The notes beneath the pieces were generated by a model. That model searched no databases. It was not told the origin of the DNA and was given only the letters and a program-made list of their open reading frames with translations. A DNA stretch of 64,000 nucleotides from Verrucomicrobiota bacterium. Its GTDB lineage: Bacteria; Verrucomicrobiota; Verrucomicrobiia; Limisphaerales; Palsa-1400. Shown here one piece after another: positions 30,292-39,234 of this stretch. Position 1 is the stretch's first letter. Each line of letters opens with the position of its first letter. The stretch lies in NCBI GenBank assembly GCA_049510745.1, contig JBEKYR010000001.1, positions 160,001-224,000 of the forward strand, given 5' to 3'. A program made the position numbers and the translations under genes.

Positions 30292-31074
30292 TTAGTCTTC
30301 CGACGGCTCAGACCCGTCTCCCCGAAGTGATTGATATTCCATCTTCGTAAGGTTGACGATTTCTGAAAGCTGCTGTAGGCGGTGTCTATTCTCCATCGCA
30401 ACCATATTTGTGATTTGCAGTTCCATTGCGTTTGCCTGCTCGGCAGATATTTTTTCTGGCCGCTTGCCTTGGCTTACAACAGCAAGCGAGGTTCCACCTC
30501 CGCAATACGCCACGGAACCCTTTGCCTCTTTCACCACGTAAGAGGCAATCAGCGTAGCTTGGTGGGAGGAAATTTGACCAAAAGGAAAGTCCTTGAGCAA
30601 GTAATGCGCGAGATCGCTGCCTATGCCGCTTGTGGAGAACTCGGCTGCGATTGGTTGCGGCCACGCGGTCATCGGTCGGAATTTAAAAAGAAATGCCTTG
30701 CCTGAAAAATAATATCCCAAAGTCAACTCGAAATCGTTTTGCTCTTGATAAAAAAAATCTTCCCAGTTTGTTGGCGACAGGCCGGGATGAAGGCTCGTCA
30801 TGTGGTTTCGGAATTCCAGAACCGCGTCTTTTGCAGCATTAGCAATCGTCCTATCGTCAGTGATTTCCCTTCCGGCGGCCTTTCGCTTAAACGAATCAAC
30901 CGCGATATTCGAGTACGTTGCTGCCCCTGCCTCCCCAACCAGCGCATATCCATTAAGGAATTCAATAATGCTAATTTTCTCTGTGCCGTGCTGCTTGGCG
31001 CTTCCCCGCGTTGTTTCGCTCTCGGCTCCAAAGACAATCGCGTCTTTGCAAATTATTCCAACAATTAAAGTCAC
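30292..31074 (-). CDS. Proteasome-beta/HslV-like Ntn hydrolase
   Basis: GTG at 31074 gives M-TLIVGIICKDAIVFGAES; after Met removal Thr1, Glu17, Lys32; later STSGIGS and YCGGG motifs. Confidence 0.7.
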   Translation of the reverse strand: MTLIVGIICKDAIVFGAESETTRGSAKQHGTEKISIIEFLNGYALVGEAGAATYSNIAVDSFKRKAAGREITDDRTIANAAKDAVLEFRNHMTSLHPGLSPTNWEDFFYQEQNDFELTLGYYFSGKAFLFKFRPMTAWPQPIAAEFSTSGIGSDLAHYLLKDFPFGQISSHQATLIASYVVKEAKGSVAYCGGGTSLAVVSQGKRPEKISAEQANAMELQITNMVAMENRHRLQQLSEIVNLTKMEYQSLRGDGSEPSED

Positions 31075-31375
31075 AGACTTTGCCTTTCGCTTAATTTTTC
31101 GGAAACTTCGCATGGTTAAGCCTCCAGACGCAAGTATATTATTGCCCTCGACAGCGGAAAAAGAAAAGGGTCAGGTCTGAAAAAGAAAAGGAAAAGGGTC
31201 AGGCCTAGGAAATTGGTATTTTCTGGATGTTTTGCCGGCATCGGTGCGTTGCGCCGGTCTGTCCCGGTTTCCTTAACCTCCCCCGATCCCCCGGCACCCG
31301 GACCAGACGAAACGCAAAGGGCATAGGGCGCGAAGTCGCAAAGCAAAGCTGGCTTCCTTGCAGTAGTCCGTCGTC

Positions 31376-31422
31376 CGTCGTCCGGGTCAAACCATACTAT
31401 TGTATGAATTTACGTGCAAGTG
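31376..31422 (-). repeat. Right arm of the 47-bp inverted repeat; contains TTGCAC-N17-TATGGT on the minus strand
   Basis: Reverse complement cacttgcacgtaaattcatacaatagtatggtttgacccggacgacg. Confidence 0.85.
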
Positions 31423-31856
31423 TTTGCACTACAATTGCTTATGATCGTCGTCGTTTCTCCAAAAGTCACCCCGCTTGGAGCTTCTGCAAGCGTCAGGCCC
31501 GTGAACTCGGTGTTTTTGGGTGGGTTCCAAGCGTCGGCCCGTTGCGCCGCCTTGTCCCTGCCTCTTTAACACCCCCGGCTTCCCCAGCACCGAACCGACA
31601 AGCCTTGGTCGCCAGACGTGCCGGGCTGGCCCTTTGACTCGCGTGTCCGTCCATGTCCGTCCATGTTCCTCCTAAAAAAACCTGCAAAAAAGTAACAAAA
31701 ATACTTGCTAAATCACCAAACTGTGTCAGATTCGCCAACAGACGAGCACCGGCTCTTTGACATAAAGTGGAGTCGCCGGGCAGCGGTCCTGTTCGCTCGC
31801 CGCAGGACGGGCTCCAGGCCGCCAGCGATGCCGTCATTCACGGCCGCCGCATGGCC

Positions 31857-31896
31857 AATCGTGCTAAATCGTGCCAAATCGTGCCAAATCGTGCCA
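31857..31896. repeat. Tandem 10-mer x4 (aatcgtgcca)
   Basis: Four copies, first with one mismatch, followed by an A-run. Confidence 0.9.
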
Positions 31897-31986
31897 AAAA
31901 AAGAAAAATCCCAACCACGATTGATGATCCATCAGATCTCACTTTAGCCTTTAGCCTTCGAGCCTTTCCCCCGTCGCTCCGAGCAG

Positions 31987-32016
31987 ATTCGACCAAATTC
32001 GACCAAATTCGACCAA
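31987..32016. repeat. Tandem 10-mer x3 (attcgaccaa)
   Basis: Three perfect copies followed by an A-run. Confidence 0.9.
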
Positions 32017-32100
32017 AAAAACATTAGTCGGAACTTCGAACTCGTGTCCGCCATCCAATTTCTTTGGTTGCGGCTTGTCGGGCGCGGCGCGCGGATGCGC

Positions 32101-32511
32101 TCACGCCGCCGGTTTGCGCCCTTTCCGCAAACAGTCGAGGCTCAACGCCCCCGCCCCGGCGGCGGAAAGATAGAGAAAGATGAGACAATAAACCACGGCC
32201 AATTCACCGCCGTTTTGCACCGGCCAGAACCCCTGTTTGGCGTGCGCCATGAAATAGGCGAACGCCATTTGCCCCGATAATATGAACGCCACCGGCCGCG
32301 TGAACAGTCCGACAAGAACGAGCGCGCCTCCGCCTAATTCCAAAATGCCCGCCACTCCGAGCAGGGATTGCAGCGGGACAGTGCCGTGTCCCGCCGGGTA
32401 GTTGAAGAGTTTCTGCCCGCCATGCTGCATAAAGAGAATCGCCACAGCAATTCGCAGGACCGCCCGCAGCCAAAAGGCGCATCTGCCGCAACCGCAATTC
32501 GAGTCAGCCAT
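32101..32511 (-). CDS. DoxX-family membrane protein
   Basis: LRIAVAILFMQHGGQKL, ELGGG...GLFTRP, NGGE, GAGALSLD. Confidence 0.92.
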   Translation of the reverse strand: MADSNCGCGRCAFWLRAVLRIAVAILFMQHGGQKLFNYPAGHGTVPLQSLLGVAGILELGGGALVLVGLFTRPVAFILSGQMAFAYFMAHAKQGFWPVQNGGELAVVYCLIFLYLSAAGAGALSLDCLRKGRKPAA

Positions 32512-32559
32512 AGGACTGAAACTTGGGCCGCGACAGGCATTCTGTCAACTCAGCCTTGT

Positions 32560-33480
32560 TCACCGGTCGCGTTTCAGCAGGTATTCCGCCAGCGCCGCCA
32601 GGGCGGGCGCCTTTCCCTCGAAGCTCTCCAGCGCGCGAAAGGCCCGCCCCGTCAGTTGCGCCGCGATCTCCCGCGATCTTTCCAGGCCGACAATCGACGG
32701 ATAGGTGGCCTTCCGGGCCGCTTGGTCTTTCCCGGCGGTCTTGCCCAATTGCTCGCTGCTTTGCGTCACGTCCAGAATGTCATCAATAATTTGGAAGGCC
32801 AGCCCGACGTGGTGGCCGAAATCGCTCAATGCCTCCAACTGGGCGGCGGTGCAGTTGGCGCTCATCCCGCCCAAACGCACCGCGCAGCGCAGCAGGGCGG
32901 ACGTTTTCCGCTCGTGAATGTATCTGAGCTGGCCGGCGGAAATCTTTTTCCCCTCGCCTTCCAAGTCGGCCACCTGCCCGGCGATGAGTTGTCTGGAGCC
33001 GGCCGCCTGTGCCAGTTCCAGCACGATCTCGCGGTGCGAATAACGCGGCCAGCCCCGGCACCGGCACGCCAGGGCAAAAGCCTCTGTCAACAACGCGTCC
33101 CCCGCCAGGATCGCCATCCCTTCGCCAAAGACCTTGTGGCTGGTCGGCTTCCCCCGGCGCAAATCGTCGTCGTCCATCGCCGGCAAATCGTCGTGGATGA
33201 GCGAATAGGTATGGATGCACTCGACGGCGCAGGCCAGGGGCAGGGCGTCGTCCGGGCGTCCGCCGCAGGCCTCCGCCGCCGCCAGGCAAAGGGCCGGGCG
33301 CATCCGTTTTCCTCCGGCGAAGAGGGAGTAGCGCATCGCCTTGTGGATGGTCGCGGGTTTGGCCGTGGGCGGCGGCAAAAGGCGGTTCAAGGCGCGGTCC
33401 ACCGCGGCCGTGCGCCGCGCCAGATAACCCCGCAAATCGAAGGCCCGATCGGACCGGTTTTTCCCGCTAATAAATGACAT
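32560..33480 (-). CDS. ispA: Farnesyl/geranylgeranyl diphosphate synthase
   Basis: GGKRMRP, HDDLPAMDDDDLRRG, FQIIDDILD, GKTAGKD. Confidence 0.93.
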   Translation of the reverse strand: MSFISGKNRSDRAFDLRGYLARRTAAVDRALNRLLPPPTAKPATIHKAMRYSLFAGGKRMRPALCLAAAEACGGRPDDALPLACAVECIHTYSLIHDDLPAMDDDDLRRGKPTSHKVFGEGMAILAGDALLTEAFALACRCRGWPRYSHREIVLELAQAAGSRQLIAGQVADLEGEGKKISAGQLRYIHERKTSALLRCAVRLGGMSANCTAAQLEALSDFGHHVGLAFQIIDDILDVTQSSEQLGKTAGKDQAARKATYPSIVGLERSREIAAQLTGRAFRALESFEGKAPALAALAEYLLKRDR

Positions 33481-33601
33481 CAGCGGTTTAGGTGCAAAAA
33501 CCGCGGCCGAAAATCAAGACTTTTCGGGCTGGACACATCGCTTCGCCCCGATGATTTTTTTTGAAACCTGGCCGGGCCGGGAAGCGTCTGCCCTGTTAAC
33601 T

Positions 33602-33970
33602 ATGAAAAATTTATCGTTCCGCTCGCTCCTCCTTCCATTGGTGGTGGGATGCTTCTTGGCCTTCACCGGCAGCCTCGATGCCGCCCCGGTCGATCTGTTG
33701 CGCCAGGCCTATGTCACCCTGGCCCAGGCCGACCACGACTACAAGGGCCACCGGATTGCGGCCATGAAACAGATCGAAGCCGCCGGGAAGGTGCTGGGGG
33801 TGAGCCTGCGTGGCGACGGCAAAAACCGCGAAAAGCAGGGTATATCCGATGAAAACCTCCGCGCCGCCCGCAGCCTTCTACAGGACGCCGCCAGCGGCCT
33901 GAGCGGCAAGGCATTGAAGCACGTTCGCGCGGCGGAGAAACAGATCAACACCGCGCTCGCCATCAAGTAA
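33602..33970 (+). CDS. Small secreted helical protein
   Basis: Signal peptide; ADHDYKGHR motif. Confidence 0.7.
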   Translation: MKNLSFRSLLLPLVVGCFLAFTGSLDAAPVDLLRQAYVTLAQADHDYKGHRIAAMKQIEAAGKVLGVSLRGDGKNREKQGISDENLRAARSLLQDAASGLSGKALKHVRAAEKQINTALAIK

Positions 33971-34043
33971 CGCCGCCTCCGGCAGCACGGTCTTGGTGGG
34001 ATGCCAAGACCCTTGGCAGGGCCGAGGCCACCGGCCTGATCGC

Positions 34044-35021
34044 TTAATCCGGATATGGCCCAAGAAATCTTTCGCCGTTAAAATGAATGAGATGTGACGG
34101 GCTTTCAGCCACCCAGACCTCCGTCTCCCACGAAATCTGCGAAAGAAAGCTCTGCATGGATCGACGCGTTTCAAAAGCCGTCACGAATACCAGGCTCGAG
34201 CGGCATCCTTTGAACAACTCCTTCAATTCGTTCCGCCGTTTCCAATCCACCGCTCCCGCGCTGGTCACGGCTTCCACCAACAGCAGCCAGTTGCGCCGGG
34301 TGTCATGCACCACAACGTCGGGCATCTTTGCCGCCGGAGCGATCACGACGCCAAGACCTTCCAGGTAGGCCGCTTCCAAATGCAGGAACTTGCTCTCCGC
34401 ATCGCCGATGTAAACGACCGTCCCTCCCGGCGCGAAGCGCGGAAAGAATTCCTCGATGATTTGTTTGATGAGCGGATTCTGCCCGCCCGGCGAAAGCATC
34501 ACCGTTTGGCCTGAAGGCAATTTAACCGGAATACGTGCCAGGTTGCGCTCGCGCCGCGCCATTTGGCGAATCTCTTCCCGGCCCGCCAAATACTCTTTCA
34601 ACTGCCCCAGCCATGAGTTTGTTCCATACTTGCGCAATAGTGCCAGCGCTGTCGGTTCGACTTGATAAACGGTCTTTCCACTGTTGGTCGGGCGATTGGG
34701 ATCGTCCGGGTTTCGCAGCACCAAGCCTGCTTCAACGAAGTACTTGACTGCCTCGTCACGGATCGTCTCCCGCGTGTTTGGGGCGTATCTGACGCCGTAG
34801 GATTCCGCGATAAACCGGATGATGGGCGTGATGCCCCGGAGCGGATTTGAGGCCGCTTTCCACGGCGCACTGGCTCTCAATTCGAGCAGCGCAAGAAGGG
34901 TGTAAGCCGCGACTTCATTGCTCTGCCTCGGGCCAAAGCCAAAGCACTTCAGGATTTCCATCGCCTCCGCCATCTTTCGGCTTCGGGCGGCGGTTGCGGC
35001 GCGCGTGCTCGGGGCAGCCAT
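34044..35021 (-). CDS. Type II restriction endonuclease, BsuBI/PstI family
   Basis: YAPNTRETIR, PTNS, LSPGGQNPLIK.IIEEF.PRF, KMPDVV...LLLVEAVTS, WETEVW, HLIHFNGERFLGPY. Confidence 0.92.
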   Translation of the reverse strand: MAAPSTRAATAARSRKMAEAMEILKCFGFGPRQSNEVAAYTLLALLELRASAPWKAASNPLRGITPIIRFIAESYGVRYAPNTRETIRDEAVKYFVEAGLVLRNPDDPNRPTNSGKTVYQVEPTALALLRKYGTNSWLGQLKEYLAGREEIRQMARRERNLARIPVKLPSGQTVMLSPGGQNPLIKQIIEEFFPRFAPGGTVVYIGDAESKFLHLEAAYLEGLGVVIAPAAKMPDVVVHDTRRNWLLLVEAVTSAGAVDWKRRNELKELFKGCRSSLVFVTAFETRRSMQSFLSQISWETEVWVAESPSHLIHFNGERFLGPYPD

Positions 35022-36550
35022 CAGACCAGCTCCTTTTCAACCATCGCTTCCAATTCGATGCCATCGGGAAACGTCTCGCCAATTTTCCGACCGATCGCTT
35101 CGAGTTGCGCGCGAGTTGGGTAGTGCAACTTCCGCAGGTCGGTCGCGTTGACCTGAGTGTGGCCGTTGAATTGGCGGAAATAGACATCGACCAGGGCCGA
35201 GTTCAAGAAGGCGGTCAAACCCTTGGCCAGGTCCATTGGCAGACCACGCCCGCGAGCGTGGAAGTAGTTCAAATGATTCTCGAAGCCAACCCGCGCGGCG
35301 CGGATGCGATGCGGGTCATAGACGCAGGCGACCAGCCGTCGCCGCTCTTCCTTGGATGTAAAGCGTTTCACCAACACGTAAATCGCTCCCCGCACCAGGA
35401 GTTCTTGGGTCTGCTCGGTGTCGGCGATGGCATTCGGTTTTCGTCCAACCGGTTTGGGCCAATGCACGAAGCCGGCGTTGAAATGGCACGGATAGATCAG
35501 CGGCACAGTGTCGTCTCGCGCTTCGCCCACAAGAAACCGCCTCGCGCGAAAATCCACCACGCGCCCCGTCGAGACTTCCAATCCAAGCTGCGCCAGTAAA
35601 GTGGTAAAGCGCGCCATTTTCAACCGGGCGGCTTCATCCGCCTGGCCTGTGACGAGGTGAATAAACCGGTCCGGATCGCAAGGACAAACTACTTCGGAGT
35701 AGGGAGACGCGCGAGATCGAACGTCGCCGCCCCGTTCTCCGCTACTGGCGGAGATGATGACGAACCGGGGTTTCTCGCGTGACTTCACCGCATGAATAAT
35801 AATGTTCTCCTGCAGAACCTCCTCCTGACGGAACGCGGCAGACCGCGAGTCGAAAACATGCACTCGCCGCAGCGACATCATGTCGAGAAACTGTTCCCGG
35901 AATGGTTTGAAATAAGGGCCATTGCAAAAACTCCGCGGACAGATGGCAACCATTTCGCCTTCTTCGCGGAGAAGTTTGGCGGCGAGGGCGAGAAATCCCG
36001 TGTAGAGATTTGTCGTTTCAATGCCCGCTTCGCGCAGCAGGCGCCGCGTTTTCGAATCACTCTTAATTTTGCGGTAGGGTGGATTGAGAATAGCGGCGTT
36101 GTAAGGCGTTGTGGAGGCGCCGAACAAATCGCGGCGCGCGTTCGAAACCGCGACTTCAATGAAATCCTCGCCGTGAAGCTCGGCGGAAAACTGAATCCCG
36201 CTTCGACCGCACTCGGCCGCGCACCACCGCAAAGTCCGCTCTAGGGCCGGATGGATTCCCCGGTCAATCTCGTAGGCCGCAACGAAAATCCGTTTTGGCG
36301 GGCTGCCGCTGGCGCACCACCTTCTTACGAACGCAGCGGTCAGCGCCCCGCTTCCGGCCCCCGCGTCCAAGAGTCGTATCTCCGCCGGGTGGGCTTCGAA
36401 CAGAGATGCCATGAACGAGCCGATATCATCAGGGGTCAAGAATTGCCCCAACTCCTGTTTCCTCCCGGCGTCGGGATCGGCGGCCAGCCTGGAACGCCCA
36501 CTTTCACCGACGGCACTTCGAACTGAATCCAGCGCCTGCATCGCAGCCAA
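35021..36550 (-). CDS. N6-adenine DNA methyltransferase, BsuBI/PstI type
   Basis: LGQFLTP, LLDAGAGSG (motif I), NPPY (motif IV), VLQEN, TGRVVDFR, FENHLN, GHTQVNATDL; 1-nt overlap with the endonuclease. Confidence 0.92.
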   Translation of the reverse strand: MAAMQALDSVRSAVGESGRSRLAADPDAGRKQELGQFLTPDDIGSFMASLFEAHPAEIRLLDAGAGSGALTAAFVRRWCASGSPPKRIFVAAYEIDRGIHPALERTLRWCAAECGRSGIQFSAELHGEDFIEVAVSNARRDLFGASTTPYNAAILNPPYRKIKSDSKTRRLLREAGIETTNLYTGFLALAAKLLREEGEMVAICPRSFCNGPYFKPFREQFLDMMSLRRVHVFDSRSAAFRQEEVLQENIIIHAVKSREKPRFVIISASSGERGGDVRSRASPYSEVVCPCDPDRFIHLVTGQADEAARLKMARFTTLLAQLGLEVSTGRVVDFRARRFLVGEARDDTVPLIYPCHFNAGFVHWPKPVGRKPNAIADTEQTQELLVRGAIYVLVKRFTSKEERRRLVACVYDPHRIRAARVGFENHLNYFHARGRGLPMDLAKGLTAFLNSALVDVYFRQFNGHTQVNATDLRKLHYPTRAQLEAIGRKIGETFPDGIELEAMVEKELV

Positions 36551-36696
36551 GTTTAATCAGCCGTTCCGTTGACGCAAGGTTCGCGTTGGATGAATTTTTG
36601 TGGTTTTGACCCCGTTCCGATGGCGTGATGGCGGCGTGATTTTTTGCCGCTTTTTTAAGTTGCGTTCGATTTTCCAGCAGGTAGCTTAGACGGCTC

Positions 36697-36951
36697 GTGA
36701 ACAGCGAATACGTAAAGCAAGCTCTGGCCAAGGTGGGCAACCCCAATGTCCTGGTCAATCTTATCTCACGCCGCGTCCGGCAATTGACTTCCGGCGGCGG
36801 CAACAGCCGTCCGCTCATCGATCAGCCGGGCACCTTGGGGGCGGCGGACATCGCCTTGCTCGAACTCATCGAGGGCAAAATGGGCTTCGAAGCCAACCTG
36901 GAGGCCGAGGAGGAAGCGCAGCCGGTGGCCAAGAAACGACGCGGACGCTGA
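36697..36951 (+). CDS. rpoZ: RNA polymerase omega subunit
   Basis: LVNLISRRVRQL...DIALLELIEGK; context next to smpB. Confidence 0.85.
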   Translation: MNSEYVKQALAKVGNPNVLVNLISRRVRQLTSGGGNSRPLIDQPGTLGAADIALLELIEGKMGFEANLEAEEEAQPVAKKRRGR

Positions 36952-37001
36952 GGCCCGCTCCGCGCCGCGCGCCGCCGAGGGCTGCCATGCGCCTGCAGCT
37001 T

Positions 37002-37457
37002 ATGGCCGAAATCCTGCACAATTCCAAAGCCCGGCGCGATTACCTCATTCTGGATACCTTCGAGGCCGGCATTGTCCTGCACGGGTCGGAGGTCAAAACG
37101 CTCCGCGCCGGCAAAGCGCAGATCAACGATGCCTTCGGCCGCGTGGAGAAAAACGAAGTCTGGCTTTACAACGCGCACATTGACGAATACGCCCAGGCCA
37201 ACCGCTTCGGCCATCAGCCCAAGGCGCCGCGGAAATTGCTGCTGCACAAGTCGGAAATCCGCAAGCTTTTCTCCCTGGCCTCCGTCAAAGGCAACGCCCT
37301 GATTCCCCTCTCGGTTTATTGGAAAAACGGCAAGGTCAAAGTCGCCCTCGCCGTCGGCAAGGGAAAAGTCGAGTTCGACAAACGGCAGGACATCAAGGAA
37401 CGCGACGCGGACCGCGAATTGAAACGGGCGACGATGCGGCGGTTGAAACGAAAATAG
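37002..37457 (+). CDS. smpB: SsrA-binding protein
   Basis: NSKARRDY, EAGIVLHGSEVKTLR, RKLLLHK, GKGK..FDKR. Confidence 0.96.
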   Translation: MAEILHNSKARRDYLILDTFEAGIVLHGSEVKTLRAGKAQINDAFGRVEKNEVWLYNAHIDEYAQANRFGHQPKAPRKLLLHKSEIRKLFSLASVKGNALIPLSVYWKNGKVKVALAVGKGKVEFDKRQDIKERDADRELKRATMRRLKRK

Positions 37458-37469
37458 CCGCAAAGGGCT

Positions 37470-37742
37470 TTACGTGGCGGCGGGCGCCGGCGCCGTTTTG
37501 CTCCAACGCCGCTTGGGCGCTTTGCGCACAAGGCCTTTTTTGAGCGCCCGCGCCGAGACGCGGATGTAGCGGACTTCGCCGTCAATGAGGGCCTTGACGC
37601 GTTGCAGGTTGGGCAGGAAACGCCGCTTGGTAATGGCGGTGATGTGCGTGCCGATGCCACCCTTTTTCTTGGCCTTGCCGCTGCGCCAAATGTGACTGCC
37701 CTTGATCGGGCCTACTCCGGTAAGTTCGCAAAATCGGGACAT
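37470..37742 (-). CDS. rpmB: 50S ribosomal protein L28
   Basis: MSRFCELTG...SGKAKKKGGIG...TKRRFLPNLQ. Confidence 0.95.
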   Translation of the reverse strand: MSRFCELTGVGPIKGSHIWRSGKAKKKGGIGTHITAITKRRFLPNLQRVKALIDGEVRYIRVSARALKKGLVRKAPKRRWSKTAPAPAAT

Positions 37743-37880
37743 AATGTTATTTCAAAGCCGGACAATCTGAATCATATCGGCCTGGGGTTCAAGTATTAAT
37801 TTTTGGGTATTAATTTTTCCACGGAGGCGGATCGTCTTGCGCGCGCCCGGAACGACTCCGCGCCCGCCTCTGCGCGGCCT

Positions 37881-39065
37881 TTACGGCGACTGGAACGTCC
37901 ATTGTTGGTTGGACCCTGCGTCAAAAGACAATAGTTTGCCGCTGCCTGCGTTGACCAAACCGTAGGAGCCGTTTGCGTTGGACACCATCGTCCACTTTTG
38001 GTTGTTGCCGTTGGTATAGTCGGCGATGTTCACTGAGGCGCCGTCGGTCTTGGCGGCGCCCGCCACCTGCAAAGCGCGCCCGCTTTGGCGGCCAAAAATG
38101 GCGTATTGGCTGGAGCCTAAATGGGCCAAGGTCCATTGTTGGTTCAGCCCTGCGTTGTAAGGCGATTGATCGAGCGAGGAGTTATTGGCCGTGGCTTGAT
38201 TGCCCAAACCCAGGGCCTCTCCCGTGCTTTGCGCCACAATTTTCCACGCCCCGTTGGCGATCGGACCGGCGCCGACGCCGGACACGTTGAGCCGCCTGAC
38301 AACGATATTCGATGCATACGTATAAGTGGTGAAGGAAGGGCCTGGCGCGCCGGACGATCCCTCCATCTGGAAGTCGATGATCAGCCAGCAAGGCCGGCCC
38401 GCGAACGTCGTCGAGGTTTGCTCGGATTCCATCGCGCCGTCAATGTAGTAGTGGAAATCCACCCTGTTTGAATTCTCCAGGCAGGCGACGACTCGATAGG
38501 TGTGCCAGGCGGTGTCGGCGGTCGGAATCGTCGTCGTATGAACCTGCCACCGGCCGTTGTAGGTATTCTGCAGGCAGCTTGAGTTACCCTTGAATTCCAT
38601 CACATCGCTTTCCGGCGGCCAACCATGCGCGCCGGTCAGCCAGAAGGCCGGCCACGTGCCGGTCAGCGTCGGCGCCTTGAATTGGCCGCTGATGTCCCAG
38701 ACCGGATACTGCGGGCTGATGGTGATTTCCTGCTTGAGGTAGAAAGTCCCCGAGTTGTAACGAATCGTCAAGTGGGGATTGGCCGTGCTGACCCCTTCGT
38801 ACTTGTTGGTCAGCGACGACGTCAAAGTCACCGTTCCGCCCGAGACGGTGATATTGGTGGCGTTCATGACCGCGCTGCCGTTGTGATTGGTGCCCCAGGG
38901 ATAATTGTAATTCCACGAACTCTCAAAGGCGCTGGCGCAGTTGAAGGAGTCGCCGCTGACCAATGTGTCCCAGGTGGCGCTGGCTTGGACCGGCCCTGGC
39001 TGCATCAAAAACAGCGACGCGGCCAGACAGGCGTCTTGAATCCAACTCACGCCTTTCCGCTTCAT
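37881..39065 (-). CDS. Secreted GH16-like glycoside hydrolase with ricin-B lectin domain
   Basis: TWPAFW, WPPESDVME (ExDxxE); C-terminal NQQW / NQKW QxW repeats. Confidence 0.85.
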   Translation of the reverse strand: MKRKGVSWIQDACLAASLFLMQPGPVQASATWDTLVSGDSFNCASAFESSWNYNYPWGTNHNGSAVMNATNITVSGGTVTLTSSLTNKYEGVSTANPHLTIRYNSGTFYLKQEITISPQYPVWDISGQFKAPTLTGTWPAFWLTGAHGWPPESDVMEFKGNSSCLQNTYNGRWQVHTTTIPTADTAWHTYRVVACLENSNRVDFHYYIDGAMESEQTSTTFAGRPCWLIIDFQMEGSSGAPGPSFTTYTYASNIVVRRLNVSGVGAGPIANGAWKIVAQSTGEALGLGNQATANNSSLDQSPYNAGLNQQWTLAHLGSSQYAIFGRQSGRALQVAGAAKTDGASVNIADYTNGNNQKWTMVSNANGSYGLVNAGSGKLLSFDAGSNQQWTFQSP

Positions 39066-39162
39066 TCTGGGTGAATTCCATAAACACGGGGTCTGAGCAA
39101 GCCAATTCCATTGCGCGAACGGGTAATCATTGGAGTCCGCGATCGGGGCGCTGAACTCCTTT

Positions 39163-39207
39163 TTTTACAAAACCATGACATTTGTGCTCCTCACGATTGG
39201 CTAATCT
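39163..39207 (+). promoter_or_regulatory. Putative response-regulator box plus -10 upstream of the sensor kinase
   Basis: ttttacaaaaccatgaca-N21-taatct; 16/18 match to the box at 42040-42057, with the same spacing. Confidence 0.6.
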
Positions 39208-39234
39208 GGCTATCAATGAAGTGATCCAGCGCTC

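Noticed and set aside
31857..32016. Possible CRISPR array
   Set aside because: Contiguous 10-bp units without spacers; no cas genes in the window.
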